DNA of 61,950 nt, counting the filler, from Choristocarpus tenellus KU-1152 (Eukaryota > Protista > Phaeophyceae): the NCBI GenBank assembly GCA_964200185.2. It is 9 parts of 9 records of this genome, joined end to end, with 100 filler letters (N's around TTAATTAATTAA, not from the genome) between each part and the next. Parts side by side here need not be neighbours in the genome. Positions count along the whole stretch, not along the records: positions 21,123 to 29,699 come from CAXNAD020004571.1; positions 29,800 to 46,802 come from CAXNAD020000737.1; 7 more parts are not named here. The stretch is one strand, 5' to 3'. Of this stretch, positions 24,601 through 38,300 are shown piece by piece; the first letter of the stretch is position 1, and every line of letters begins with the position of its first letter. The position numbers and the translations under genes are program-made. Under the pieces are notes generated by a model. That model did no database searches, had not been told where the DNA came from, and was given only the letters and a program-made list of their open reading frames with translations.

Positions 24601-27600
24601 AATTTGGAAACCATCGTCCTCATTTTTTTGTTCCAAGAAAGCTCCCATGCCAACATCGCTAGCGTCCACGTGAATAAAGACTTCTTGAGTAAAACTGGAA
24701 AGCTTAACACTGGCACCATAGTTAATAGACGTTTACACTCATTAAAAGAATTTTGCTGTGGTCGTCCCCATAGTTGAGATAGACTTTTGTCCCTTCCAGA
24801 CTTTTTGTACTTTTCCTTGTAAGTGACACCAGGGGTTCGGCTATTGTGGCCAAATGGGGAATATATTTCCTAACAAAGTTCATGGAACCTAGAAAGGGCT
24901 GTAACTCCTTCACATATTTAGGGGCTTTCAGAGCGGTAACAGCCTGGATTCGATCTGGTGACACAGCAATACCACTGGGGCTGACTTCATGTCCCAAATA
25001 ATGAGTTGATTTTGAGCCAAATTGGACTTTAGAAGGTTTGATGGTGACTCCTACTTGCTTGAGTAACGACAATATGCTCTCAAGAAGTTGGATATGATGG
25101 TTCCACGTTGAGGAAGCTAGTACAATGTCATCAAGATAAATCAGTAAGCCCATACTCGGTCCTAGACTCGAAAATGTTTCTGATATGAAGCGTTGATATA
25201 CCCATGGTGCATTAGCAACACCAAAGGGTAGCCTTTTGAATTCGTATTTTCCATCCGGTGTGACAAAGGCAGTTTTTTGGCGTTTGCTAGCGTCGGTGAT
25301 GAGTAGTTGCCAGTAGGTTGACTGAACATCAAGACACGATAGGTATTTTGCTCCCCCTAGTATACCCAAACAATCTTCCACATATGGTAACGGCCAGGAA
25401 TTACGTACCAAATTTTTGTTCAATGAGAGCCTAAAGTCTACACATAATCGAGGAGACCTGTGTTGTAACTATGGTTACACGTGACGCCCAAGGACTTGAG
25501 TAGGGTTGAATTATTCCCTGATTTTCCATGTCCTCTACACAACTACGGATTGTTTCACGTATTTTGGGTGCGATCCGATATGGTGGACGATTTACAGGAA
25601 CTGTACCTGGTTTAAGTGGAAATTCAATGCTGGTATTATTGCAACGGCCTAGTTCCTCAGAAGTGAGTGAAAATACAGGTCGATATTTGGCAACAAGGTC
25701 AAGTAGTTCTTCTTGTTCATTATCAGATAGCATTGTATCTACCAAAGATTTTTTACCGAAAACTTCTTTTAACTCATCACGGGCTTGTTTAAGCTCCTCT
25801 GGAGCGGCATGGTACTGGTCTGTGCTTCAGAAAGGGTGTGGTTTGATCCACTGGTGCTATATGACCTACAACAAATTGAGGAGGTATCTTAACAACATGT
25901 TTGGAAGGGTTGGCAATTTTGACTAGGTAAGATCCATCCTCTTTCCCAAACAATTAAAGACCGACTGACCATGATATCTTTCCATGGAGAGTGGTGATGT
26001 TCCTGGTTGATGAAGTCCATGCTCGCCTTGACAATGGGCTCCACTATACAGCGTCTTTGGCTGATCCAGGTAAGGCCTGAGGACACAATGAAACAACAGT
26101 TTCGGTTCCCGGGGGTAAATATGTCTTATGCCTTACATGTACAGGTATGGTGAACTCAGTTGAAACTGTAGTCACAATCATGTTTGCTGAAAAGATTTGA
26201 AGCAGTATTCGGACTGATGGTTGTTGGATTAACAATGGGTATAGCAGAAATTTTATGAGTGACTGGGATGTGAACTGTGCTCCCAGAAAATGCTATTTCT
26301 TCTCTATCCCAATCCAACTTTACTCCAAAAGCAGCCATGATACTGTTGTCCAAAAGATTTTTATCAACACCTAGGGAGGGTAGAATAACTGCTTGAACAG
26401 GTAGTTTAATTTCCCAAGGTTAATTGAAATTGGATAAAGTCATGTACTTGCAAAGATCTTCCCCAGCTCCTCTTAAATGTAAGGCACCATCTGGTATAGA
26501 ACTGATGTGAGCAGAACAAAGGGTGGGATGAGCTTGCATGTAATGATAGCTAGTGACCGGGATGTCAGTTGCGGTATCAACTGTGATGTGTGAAACTGAA
26601 TCATCATCAACTTTGCCAGGAATCGATACTCGACGAGATCAAACCTGCAAGATACAAGGGTGTTTAGAGTAATATTGAATTGCAGATGTATGCCAAGACA
26701 CTGACTTGGTGCAATACAAACGAAATGATACGAAGTCTTCACCCACTGTTCCAATAAATTTGGAAGAATGCTTCACTGCTGAGGATGTTATTGCGTTAAC
26801 AAAATGAGTTTGAGGCAGTGGATTGTAATTTGGTCATTTTGAGTGATTAACCATTGTAGTTTTTTTCATGCAGGGTTGGAGCCCAAAGAATTGTTAGAAA
26901 GATGTGATTGAGATAGTGTTTGTTCAAATTCATCATCAGGTGGCCGATTTGGTGAACAACTTCGCTGGTTGTCCACTTCTGGGTCGGATCCCAAAGAAGA
27001 TCGTAAAGATCTGGCGTAGACAGGTGTTGCCCATGTCTTGCTCTACTTAGCCTATCTGAGTGGCAATTTGTAGCAACATTGCTCACTACTGGTAAGGAAA
27101 CCAATGGAATATTGGAAAAGCGTGACTGTGACATTTATTGCTCAAGTGCGCATCATTAGTTAGACTATTTGAGTGACAACCTATTAAACATAGGTTTGTT
27201 CACAACTGGGTAGGATACCATGAACTAGGACAGGTAAAAAAAAAGTCCTTTAATCAGACACAGTTACGCCTTATCTCCCTCTATCTGCCTCAAAGAATTT
27301 GATATCTTTAATGTCTTTGGCAGAAAGAATTTTCACCGTAAATGGTGGCTAGAACGACGTGCTGTACTTATCTGTTCATGAGTAACTTCAACCAGGTTGA
27401 AAGTGACTGTCAGGATTGAGACGGCTAGCTCGAAATCGTGAAGGCTGCCACGTATCAAGTCTCTGAGTATGTACTGACTGGCAGTATCCTCTATGACTTC
27501 CATCAAGACTTCATATTCTCTCCAATTTCGCTCCAAATCGCAACCCGATACCCCGATGTGTATGAAATGGAAAGGGACTCTGGTTTTTCCGTCGCCTCCC

Positions 27601-28076
27601 TTTCTTGCTTTTGTGAGTCTCCCGGGGTATGCCTTCGACTAAATCAGTCGTAAGGATTGCGGGTGTGCCAGGTGGGTTTGGTGGAGGTGACAAGATCTTA
27701 TCTAGAGAAGGTTGAGTATTGGCTTTGCATCCTCTCAAACTAGTACTTGTCTTCGTCCGCATTTTTGTTTGATGTTGCCATGATATGGACTTCTAACTTG
27801 GTGAAATCCCCTATAGACTGTCGTCGTGAGTACCACTGTCGTGAGGCAGGGTTCAATCAGTCGTGGGGGGTGTTCAGAATCACCAGTTGTGTCACGGTAG
27901 GGTGCTTCCAGCAAACCCAAAGCTCCCTCGGTTATCAAATCTTAGGAAAAGTTTTGATGGAGTCTCAGATCCGATGGGCGATATCGCATAGAAATGTGCG
28001 CGCAATGGACTTGTATGTGCGCGCGGATGTGTAAATGGACAGAGATCAGCTCCCAAAAAGGGACCTGTCCGTCACA
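21623..28076 (-). mobile_element. Ty3/gypsy LTR retrotransposon with chromodomain, copy A (decayed)
   Basis: 5' LTR 27888-28076 (TGTG...CACA), TGG-type PBS ~27870-27885, gag remnants, protease (ITVDTAT), RT (PYRIAP, KTAFVTPDGKYEFKRLPFG, YLDD), RNase H (DASDVG), HHCC zinc finger, truncated integrase, chromodomain ~23120-23290, poly-G PPT 21735-21743, partial 3' LTR 21656-21731. Many stops and frameshifts. Confidence 0.95.
27888..28076 (-). repeat. 5' LTR of gypsy copy A
   Basis: 27992-28076 aligns with 21656-21731; TG...CA termini, followed on the minus strand by acTGGTGATTCTG. Confidence 0.75.
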
Positions 28077-29799
28077 GAAAAATGCAAAAGATAAAAAAAT
28101 ATGGCTTTAACTGCAAAACGGTCAAAACCTGGGTACCCCTCGTTTCCTTTTGGTCACTTCTACTACTACTGTATAATATTATGACCACTGACTTGTGACG
28201 GGGATTGTCATATTAGCAAAGCAGGAAATAATGTAGAGCGTGAAGCAGCGAACATAATATAGTACAAGAATAGAGGCTGGATATAGGATACTTATGACAG
28301 TGTTGCGAGGCCTGGTTCTGTGCGATACGGGGTAGTGAGAACCACCAGAGATGAAGTTCAGAAAGGAAGTGAGATATGAGAATGAGGAATGGTGGACGTA
28401 TGTTGACAGCCTCAGAGTGCCATGTTGATCAATCTCCACTATGATTGGATGCCAGTCAGAATAGAAAACACATCCACGGTTCTGGACATTACTATAAAAT
28501 GCCCTCTTAGATTTTGGCGATGTGTCAGGAGAAAAGCCAATGAAAACTATTCACATACATGTCAGAAAAAAATCCTGAAAAAGTGACAGTTATCGTAAAT
28601 GTGAAAGACATTGATCTATTTACTATTTTACTTCAAGCTATTCTTGAAGGTTGCGTTCCTATATCTCCAACCCAGGTTAGTCGTGCACTTCATATTTACT
28701 ATCATAATGAATGTTGGTATTAATGTGTAGTATAATAAGGTAGCCAATAACAACTCTTCCTTTTTCGGCGAAATTAAATAACCGATGTATATGATTCACC
28801 GACAAAGACAAAAGTCAAATACCTCAACCTCACACCACCCAACATCGCCCTTACTGTCACATATCCCACTCCAGTGATATCCACTTGAAGGTAGCATCGC
28901 ATTGCTCTACCCATAGTAGCAGGACTCACCATAAACCTTCATGCAAATAAGGAAGACGTAAAACCTGGACGTCATCCCCTGCGCTCCAACAACATACCAA
29001 AACTTCAATATGGGGTAAGTACCTCTCCTTCTCTCGACAGAAGAAGCCGATTGTAAACTAAAATCGGTCGATCTATATGGCATACTGGTCTGACCAGATC
29101 ATACGAAGATAGAATGCGCGCAATAGAAAGGAAACAGGAGGAGGGATTGGTGTGCTGTATTGGTTTGACCGATAGTGAGTGGAAGAACATAACTGTAAAG
29201 TTCCCTTGCCTTGCTGCCCGATGACCTCTCAACCGCTAGACTATCTAGATAGGACCCTATTTGAGAAATATGTTCTCTGCGGTTGGTTGAGGCAACCTTG
29301 AGGAGCACGCGATGTGAATATCAGAGTACCCGTAGTGACCCGTTTGGTTCTACAAGCCCCATTGTCACCCACCATACATAGCAGTCCAGTTAGTTACAAA
29401 TCACTATCTATGCATGTCCTTACGCAGCTTCCCTTGGACTACGTATGGATCTATAGTAGGGCGTAATATTTGCGAAGTCCCCATCCGCGCACCCCTCCTT
29501 TACCCCCCACCCTCTCTCTTTCTTTCCGATGCATGGTCTGCTCCGCTATTTGGCACTTACTGGCAATGAGCATGCGTATTCCGTGTAATTGGGTCAACCA
29601 CCTTATATTGTTGCCCTTACCTTTCTGAGTCCTGAGCCTCTCTTTTCCTGTTGCCCTTCTCAGAGACAATGCCAAAGATATGATCAAATCTTACTATGCN
29701 NNNNNNNNNNNNNNNNNNNNNNNNNNNNNNNNNNNNNNNNNNNTTAATTAATTAANNNNNNNNNNNNNNNNNNNNNNNNNNNNNNNNNNNNNNNNNNNN

Positions 29800-29867
29800 C
29801 AAAATCGCGACATTAAAAAATTGACCCCAAATGGACAGCCACTACCCCCTCCCAAATACTTTGAGCC
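29800..29867. mobile_element. MITE family A half-copy at contig start
   Basis: aaaatcgcgacatt...caaatggacagccactaccccctcccaaatactttgagcc. Confidence 0.8.
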
Positions 29868-32381
29868 TCTACTGGACAAAATTACACCATGGTTGGTCCT
29901 CATCTCGATAGCTCCGTAAACAAACAAGTTACTGGAAGGGGAGTAAACTAGAAATGGATACGTCGAGAAAGATGTAGCTTCTATTTATCTCTACGGAATC
30001 ACAATATCAAAGAAAAACACAAAGCTTCTCTACTGCAACGCTATTGCTTCAATCCTCTGGTGGTATACCTGACTATTCAGAAATGTGAAATAGATGGATT
30101 AGCACTCAATTGTTGTTATGTAAGCACCATGTATGTATGGAGTGGGGCGAGGTAGATTGAATGGAATTGAAGGGTTGGCATTTGATTCAAAAATATATAT
30201 ATATCGATATACTGGTTTCTATTGTAACAAGTGAGCGCACCTTATTGTAAGATTTGTTTTTTTGAAATTATTTGGTGGATTTCATGTGTTTACGATGTCA
30301 AACGTTTGATTAAGCAACTTAGTTGAAATTGTGGTTAAAATATGTACGTACGTGAGTGATTGGTTGATATGTTGTCCTCCCGAACCTGTAGATTTGGCAG
30401 GGGTCCTTGTGTGTGTTGTGGAGGCAGTGTCGTTAATGAACTCCACGATGACTTATAGCCGTAGCGTGTACAAATCGTTTGCTCTGAGTGAAAATGATGG
30501 AGTATGAAGAAGACCAATGATACACAAATTGTACAATACCATTTACTTGCTTTTTTTCGGAACAATTTAAAATACACATTGGTGCGAGGGGTTTCTCTAG
30601 TTGCCCGTCTACTACTTGGCTTCAACAATGACACATGCTTACCACCTGTGTCGAGCTACTATCCTTATATGCAAACCCTTGACAGTAATCCCGAAATGTT
30701 CAAAATCGCCTTGCAGACACTCATCAAAGTCTCCCATTCACCCTGCTTACGCTTTCCATACATCATTAGCTTTGGTAACTGCTCATAGCCCACGCATACA
30801 ACTGACCCTGTAGTTGTCTATTTTAGATTGTAATGAGGGGTTTTGTAATGCCTTTCCCTTTCCATTTTTGGGATTTCTTTTGTGTTTTTGTATAAACAAG
30901 GTGAAGATTACGTACATACTTCGAGGTACCTACCAATGTTATGCCTCCTCCACTCTCAACAAGAGGGGGTGGGGTGGAACTCCACACTTGACGAACAGGT
31001 TATGTTACATATTATTGATTTAGAATAGTTCGTAGTAGTTGGTGACCAGTTGCACACATAATTCTTGTCTTGTACTTGTGCTCTGTGTTGCATGCACAAA
31101 TGAATGGAATATGTGAACAACTCTATGATGAGCAGTCGAGGTTGGCAACTAGTGTGCTGTCATCTACATGAAGTGACATAACAAGCGGCACATGAATCTT
31201 CAGTGCACTAGAGAGTTGCATGTGTTCCAGGCGTTGGCACTCATGTTCTCATAGCTCAACCATTTCTTTCTGGAGAACTTTGAACTCCACACTCTGTCTA
31301 CTCTCACCCTGCTATGCAGTCCAAGTCAAAAAGTTTCTTCTATTGGCTATCTTATGTCAACGTCTTCACATTGGACTAAACTAATCCCTCTAGAACGACA
31401 ACCAGGTCTTTTCAAAAGGAGGTATTGCACAAGAAGAGAAAGAGGTGTATCACTGTCATCAAGAATTCGTAACACCGTGAACTTCTATCATGTTTCAGCC
31501 TTTCTTCCGAAATAACACCTCAAGAATACTTTTGCTATCTCAATGCGTATCATGTGAGGGTGCAGGATAGGCATGCATTTTTTCGAGCAATGACACACAG
31601 TCCATTAGCATGCTCAAGATTTAGGCTTCTGAAGATCTTTATGTTGACCACGACCCCCTTCCATAAGGTATGGATGCAGTTTTGCAAACGCTCATCTTGT
31701 GTCTTTGCTTCTCGTTGAATTAACCAATAACAGAGTGCGATTTTTGTTTCAACATTTCCAACAAGATGGAAGCGGTTTGACCCTTAGCTCTGTGCTGTGG
31801 AGGATATTTCTTCATTGCATACAAAACATGCACTTAAGGTCCAAAGTGGGATCAGCAAGTCATCCAAGGCTATTTGCCAAGGGGTGAAAGTGTCAGTCTT
31901 GAAACTTCTATGAAGGGAAAGTTCTATCCTTCAAACAGCAGGGAAAAGAACACGGTGATCAGTGAACAACCCACAACGAATTAAATGAAATGTATCCCTA
32001 CTACAGAAAGACTTCTAGTTGGCTTCAAGTATATTATTCTTAGATATCACCCATTCCCAGAAAAGTACTTTTACTTTGTAAACCCCTGTACATTCACGGA
32101 CATTCTCCATACCGTATCATATGCAAATGATTCAAAGAATCACAGGGTATGCATACCACCTCCAAACAATAAATATGCACCCTTGCAGAGTATGCTACTG
32201 AACAGATGTTTCTATCCAAGCACCCTGTGTACAGAGGTTGTCACCAAAGAAAGGTAAGGTCGACTGGAACTTGATCATGAAGGTAATACCAGTTGACTTG
32301 GTAGCCCATAGCTATGAGATCAAGAAAATTATACAGCAAGGTTGCTACACATTCAAACCATTCAGTAGTTGTCTCCATTTG

Positions 32382-35300
32382 TCATTTGGGTGAGACCAAG
32401 TTAAAGGGAAGGATGTCATTATTGCCCTTACTCTGTGTTGTCGTTTTGGCTGCTGAGCAGTCCATCCACCGTAGGAGTGCCGAAATTTTGGACACATTGC
32501 CACGACTTCCACCACCCTGTTGCGTTAAGAAAACCCGGGAGATAAGTGGCCGTGTTGTCCCTGTTCCATCTGATGGGTAGCATGATGTTCGACTTGCCGG
32601 TGCACCAAATTCACCAAGGGTTTCACAACCCGTTGCAAGCAATGCTAACCACATCATAAAGAGCAAAGGTGAAAGCCCTTCAAGTTGCAAGACATTTGCA
32701 GCGTGTCCTCCACTGCCGTCTGGCCTGACGGTGCTCTCATGACAATCCTCTCCCAGAACCGCTGCTGATTCCTGTTGACCCTCACTGCCCTCATAATGGG
32801 ATCTAATCTGATGTGTAGATCTGCAAGATTGAGTCTTTGCCTGAAAATCTTTGGTGAGGACATGATGCTTACATGTCACTGAAGTTGCATTTATCCCCTT
32901 GAATGCATGGTAGTGCCGGTGCACTCCCCTGGGGGAAAAAGTGCGCAAAGGGTATCTCTGTTGTTTGCTGGTGTATTCAGTGCACGCCTGACCACCCCCA
33001 CTGCATCCTAGGCCAGTGCCTCCACTGCTGCAGGCACTCACAAGGTTCCTTGCATGCCCTGGTTGGCTCATGAACAGCTTTTCTTGATTCGTTAAAGTGT
33101 GGCCACCATTCCTGGGACAAATATGGGGGCCCATGCACCACCCTACATTGTTCTGGTCCTGTATTGACCTTGAGCTGATGGAAAGATGACTGTGCTTTGC
33201 ATCATTATTATCATTGCATGGGGGTTGGAGTCCTAACTCTGCACTGATAATGTCAATTGAGCCAGGTTGCATAGCCTTGAGGAAATTGGGGAGGTTTGTT
33301 GGAGACACAGTGGCCAGTTAGGGGTCAGTCCTACATTTCTTTTTGGAACGGAACAGTTTGAGAAGTTGAGAACCAAGCTAAGTTATACTTTGATCGATGT
33401 ACAGCAGTTTCTGGTTTCTCAGACTGCAATTGATTGCAAGTAACATACACAATAAAATCAGCACACTCCATGGTACAAGTGTATTTTGGAGAGTTGTGCA
33501 GGTGAAAATCATTCTGAATAGCTGGTGCAGAATGTAGAGTCGAAGGTGCAAGAGCACATCAACTCAGATGGTTATAACACGAAACCATCATATGAGGCCG
33601 TCAATGTATGACAAACCAACACCGAATTCCCACTTGCAGTCTCTCTCTCTTGGCATTCTAATTGCCCTTGTGCGTTCCAGAGAGTGCGTGTCATATTTTC
33701 CGTAAAATTTATCTGTGTGTGAGTGCCCAACTCACCGAGAATAACTATAACAACGGTCAGTCTTTTGAAATTTATTTGGAACCTCACCATTTTCGGAAAA
33801 CATATAACTATCCAACTGACATTTGGTATGCTTGGAAGGGTTATTTCCTACCACCCCTGAAGCAAAAATGCACTCATCCTCAAAATTTCCTGCAAAATTA
33901 TATTTGACCTATAGTACTATGAGTGATGAGATTTAGGGCCGTGCACTATTAGGAATATTTGAGCATTTGTGTTTATCGAACATGTATAAGGGCAGAATTT
34001 TGAAGAGATTTGCCAATATGTGCATACTAGAACAAGTCACCTCCGTAGCACTCACTATGCATTGGAAGATTGTGTGAGTATGGGGTAAATTGTAAATTAG
34101 AAAAAATACGGTGCATTAAGTATTATTAATGGAACGCGTTTGCAGCAAGCAAAGTGAGGTACATCAAGAGCCGAGCGCCACGGAACACTTTGAGGAAATT
34201 CAACAGGCCACGCACCATGTTTTTGCAAAATAATAGTCAATCTAACTCAACCCCTCCTTTTTTGGTGTCCATTACTGCAAAAAAAATCAGATTCGGTTCC
34301 TACAATCCACAACACTGCAACCACGACAATTGTCCCCTTGGGCTCTACCACCGAGTATCCTGGATAACTAGCAACACTTCAGAGACCCAGGGGCACCACA
34401 TTACTTGTTCATGCTGATTCGGGGTCTGGTACACTAAGTCAACTTATGGTTGTGCAGTTTACACAGTTCCCATTACAATCAAAAGTACACAAGTAGTTTC
34501 CGAGTTTCCAACTTTCTGTCTAGATAATTATCTTGTTGGAATGTGAGTGTTGTGCCAACAGTATCTAATACTGAGACGACCCAACACAGTGCGCGACACA
34601 TTGAAACATTTTGCGGCAGAGGTTGGTAATATGAAATTCGCACACCTCATGGTAGGCTTTCAGCACCTCACTGAGTGTCACAAGCCCAGGACTGATCTCG
34701 TAGTCTTGGCAGAAGAGAATTAGTGCATTGATGGGCATTAACCTGAGAGACAAGGGAATGGAGTTACAACGCAGCAGAGCCAAAGTATCTTAGAGGGTAG
34801 AGTTGCGTCCATTTGGGGGTCAAAATACAATGTTGCAATTTGATGTAATTTTAGATATCGTGTTTGTTAGCAAGTGTCAATATCTATGTTTTGGACACAC
34901 CTTTTCACAACGTACACATTTTACCTACTCGGAAACATTTTGGAGTAGGAAAATGTCATAAAAAACCCCATGGGAAGCCAAGNNNNNNNNNNAGCCAAGC
35001 CCCAAATGGACAAACAGGGCAAATCTCATACCCTCTAAGATATTTTCACTCAGCAGACTTCCTCCCCCTTCTACCAATAGACAGTAGACACTGCTTTAAC
35101 ATCGGCTTTGGTCTAAGGAATACACTGTTGCTTGTACAAAGGATTCCACTCATGCCACCAGTTCACTGCCAAGCAATTGATTTCTCACAGTGATAATTTC
35201 TTGCCTTACAGTCAATACAAGAGCTTCAACATCGACTGTTGCAGCACCTTTTGAGCTTTTTGCAGGTATGGTCACCGTCCAGTGGGGTATCAGGCACTGG

Positions 35301-38300
35301 CAGGGATGAATAATGGTTGAAAATTCTCCTCAGAGGACGCTTCACCTGACACAAGACCTGTTGATAAAACACCATGGACTTTAAGGAAGAGCAGGTACAT
35401 TTCACGCCAAACAACTGCGTTGAAAAAATATATACTAAGTGATACCTTGCACAACAGTTAAAATAGCAACTCGGTAGTCACTACCATATCACTACTGTGA
35501 CCTGAAGTATAGCAAGGCTTTTCTGGTTGTGTGTTGGGAAGAAGAGACTGGTCTGATACTGAACTACATACCGCACATTTCCCCAAAGCATGGAAAAAAT
35601 GATGTTAAAATATCATAGAGTACCACAAAGTTTAATTTGAGAGTACTCCAAGGGGATGTATTACATACCAGAGAAGAAAGGTATAGTGTGATGTGCTATG
35701 GGCACCTGTACCTCATTGGTCTGAACTCATTGCAGTTCTTTATATAGTTCATGAATCTTGCAGGAGCTCAACTATTGATTGGAAGAAATATTATGTTGGA
35801 CTTGCTGAGTAACACGTGGGGTGGATGGGAAAACTTGGACAAAACAAATCTTTTCTTGAGCTGAAGGTGTAGTTCCAACCTTCTGAGAAACACACTTCTG
35901 GAAAACTTGATGTCAATGCAGTGCACTCTACTGGAAAAACGGTGTTGACTTGAGCATAATGTTGGTTGGACAGAGAGAACAACTAATTATAAAATGTGGA
36001 ATACAAAATTTTCGCAATGGCAGCGACAAAGAAGTGCATTAGGCTCTGGGAGCAGAGGGCAATTAACCTTACCTTGCCCATCCCGTCTAGCCTCCGGCAT
36101 ATTTCCACTTCTGCGAATCCCAGATTTGGATTAAGTGTGACAACTGACTTTCCCTTGGAGCCTGTGTCCTGCTTGGAAATTTCAGTAGTGATTGATGAAG
36201 CAAATGTCATGCCCTCCCCTGAACCGCAACCTTTGGTGTGAGAATCAGATGCACAACCTGCACTGTTTTTGCTGGAGAGTGTGTCATCTCCTGTACTTCT
36301 GGGTACAAGTGTAGTATCACCGGCGATCTCTGCTCGGAAAATGTCCCTTGCCAATGGGAGTTTTGGAGGAACAACTGAGAATGCTTTGTCTGGCTCAAAA
36401 GTTGTTGGGCAGTGTAAACGGTCATCTCGCTGCCCAAGTGTGTTCACTTCTACAACTTCCCCAGGCTCCTCGCCCATCTCTCTTGTCTTGATGTTGGCAT
36501 TAAGGACGTCTTCATCATGCAACCCCTTATCCGATGCTCTGTGTTGCATCCTCCTATCCGTGTTTCTAACTTCTGATCTGCAGCCATCGAATGAGTCAAT
36601 AACATGTTTCTCACCACCCACATGCCTATTTGAGAACAGTTGATGGTGAGTTGTTGGGGTTGCGACAGACAAGGGCATTGCAGTAGCTGTAGAGGTGGTC
36701 CCTGAGTCTTGGTGCATCGGCTGCCCTGTGATTGCAAGCAACACACTCTGTATTGCAGCATCAACATTGATTTGGAAGACACTGCCACTGTTGCATGTGA
36801 TTTTGCTTGAGTCACCATGACTTTGCCTGTAATGAGATAGTTGTAGCAAGTGTCTGAGCTGTAACACCTAGTCAATGCTACTCACCATTGGTGCAAGAAG
36901 TGAAGTACACAACTATTGTTGAGAGTCTATCTACAAGATAGGTGAAACTTCTTCAACTGAAATAATTCAGTACACTCAAATACTGTTTAACTGCCCCATA
37001 CTTCCTCAAAGTGTGTGGGACATGAATACATGCATCAGATCGTAACACATCTAACATACAGCTACATCTTTGCCATATGAAGCCTCCACCAACGATATTG
37101 GGGGTAGAGGGATACTCAAAGATCTGAGTGCTTTTCTTATCTTCTACTCCGAAATATGAATTATGAATTGTGAATATATATGATTCAAAAAAGGAAGTAT
37201 TCCTAACTCTAACATTATATTGGTCTAAGCTAACCCAACTATGGAAAGGTTATGAGTAGTTAAAAGAGCACCCAGATGGTGGGGTACGGACTGAAGCTCC
37301 TGTCCAGCTTAAACACAAAACGTCTATTCTCTTAAGATACCATCCCTGGAGAGCATTATTCCAAGTCAATCATTTCAGTAGGAAGGACTCCTTCCTCCTC
37401 TAGCTCACCTTACCCTCTCCTCCCTCTTGGCCCCAAGGAAGAAAAGAACATAGGAAAAGCCTTGGAGAGTCATCCTTCCAGCCCTCATGTGAGCAGCACA
37501 TAGCCCAGACCTGGAGCTCACTGCAGAATTGTTTCCCACTGCAAGCCGAGAGCAACCAAGGTGAGTACACCTTTTGAGCACCCAACAAAAATGTTGCAAG
37601 GAAATGGTGGTGGAAATGGGTAAACTACACACTTGATACTCACACCAGAGGTGGTGATTTAGCTTTCACTTGAACATAAGGTGCCGAGTCAAAGTATCTT
37701 AGGGTTAGGGTGGAGCCATGTTCGCGTGGGAGCCAAAATCCATTGTTGCGATTTTGATGTAATTTTGGCTATCATGATTGATAGGAAGCGTCAATATCCA
37801 TGTTCCGGACAATCTTTTCATAATGCACACGTTTTACCTACTCCGAAATGTTTCGGAGTAGGAAAGTGTCATAAGAACCCGTGGGAAGTCAAGCCTCAAA
37901 TGGGCACAAACAGGGCAAAACTCATACCCTCTAAGATACTTTCACTCACCCAATACTAGAGTTGAGGGCTATAGCTCCAGGCATACTTTGAGTGATCCCT
38001 TGGGCACAAGAAACCAAGTAGGAGCTCGTAGCTCCAGATACAGCAAAGGGATTTAATGTTTGAACACTCACAAACACAGAAAATTTTCAACAGCGGTGGA
38101 AATGAAACCACTCCTAGAAATCTCCCTGCCTCCACATACACCTCACCTCCTGCCTGCAATGTCCACCATGCGATCTATCCTGTGCCTTTTGCATACCCTG
38201 GCTTGAGACAGCGAGTGGTCACCGTAACGCGCTTCCTCTGAGCATCCAATTGCATCACAGGTCAATTTCACGGGCCTAGTCCCTTTCCCAGACATGCTCA

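Noticed and set aside
30814-31900. Coding-like minus-strand stretch
   Set aside because: Multiple stops in all frames and no recognisable motif
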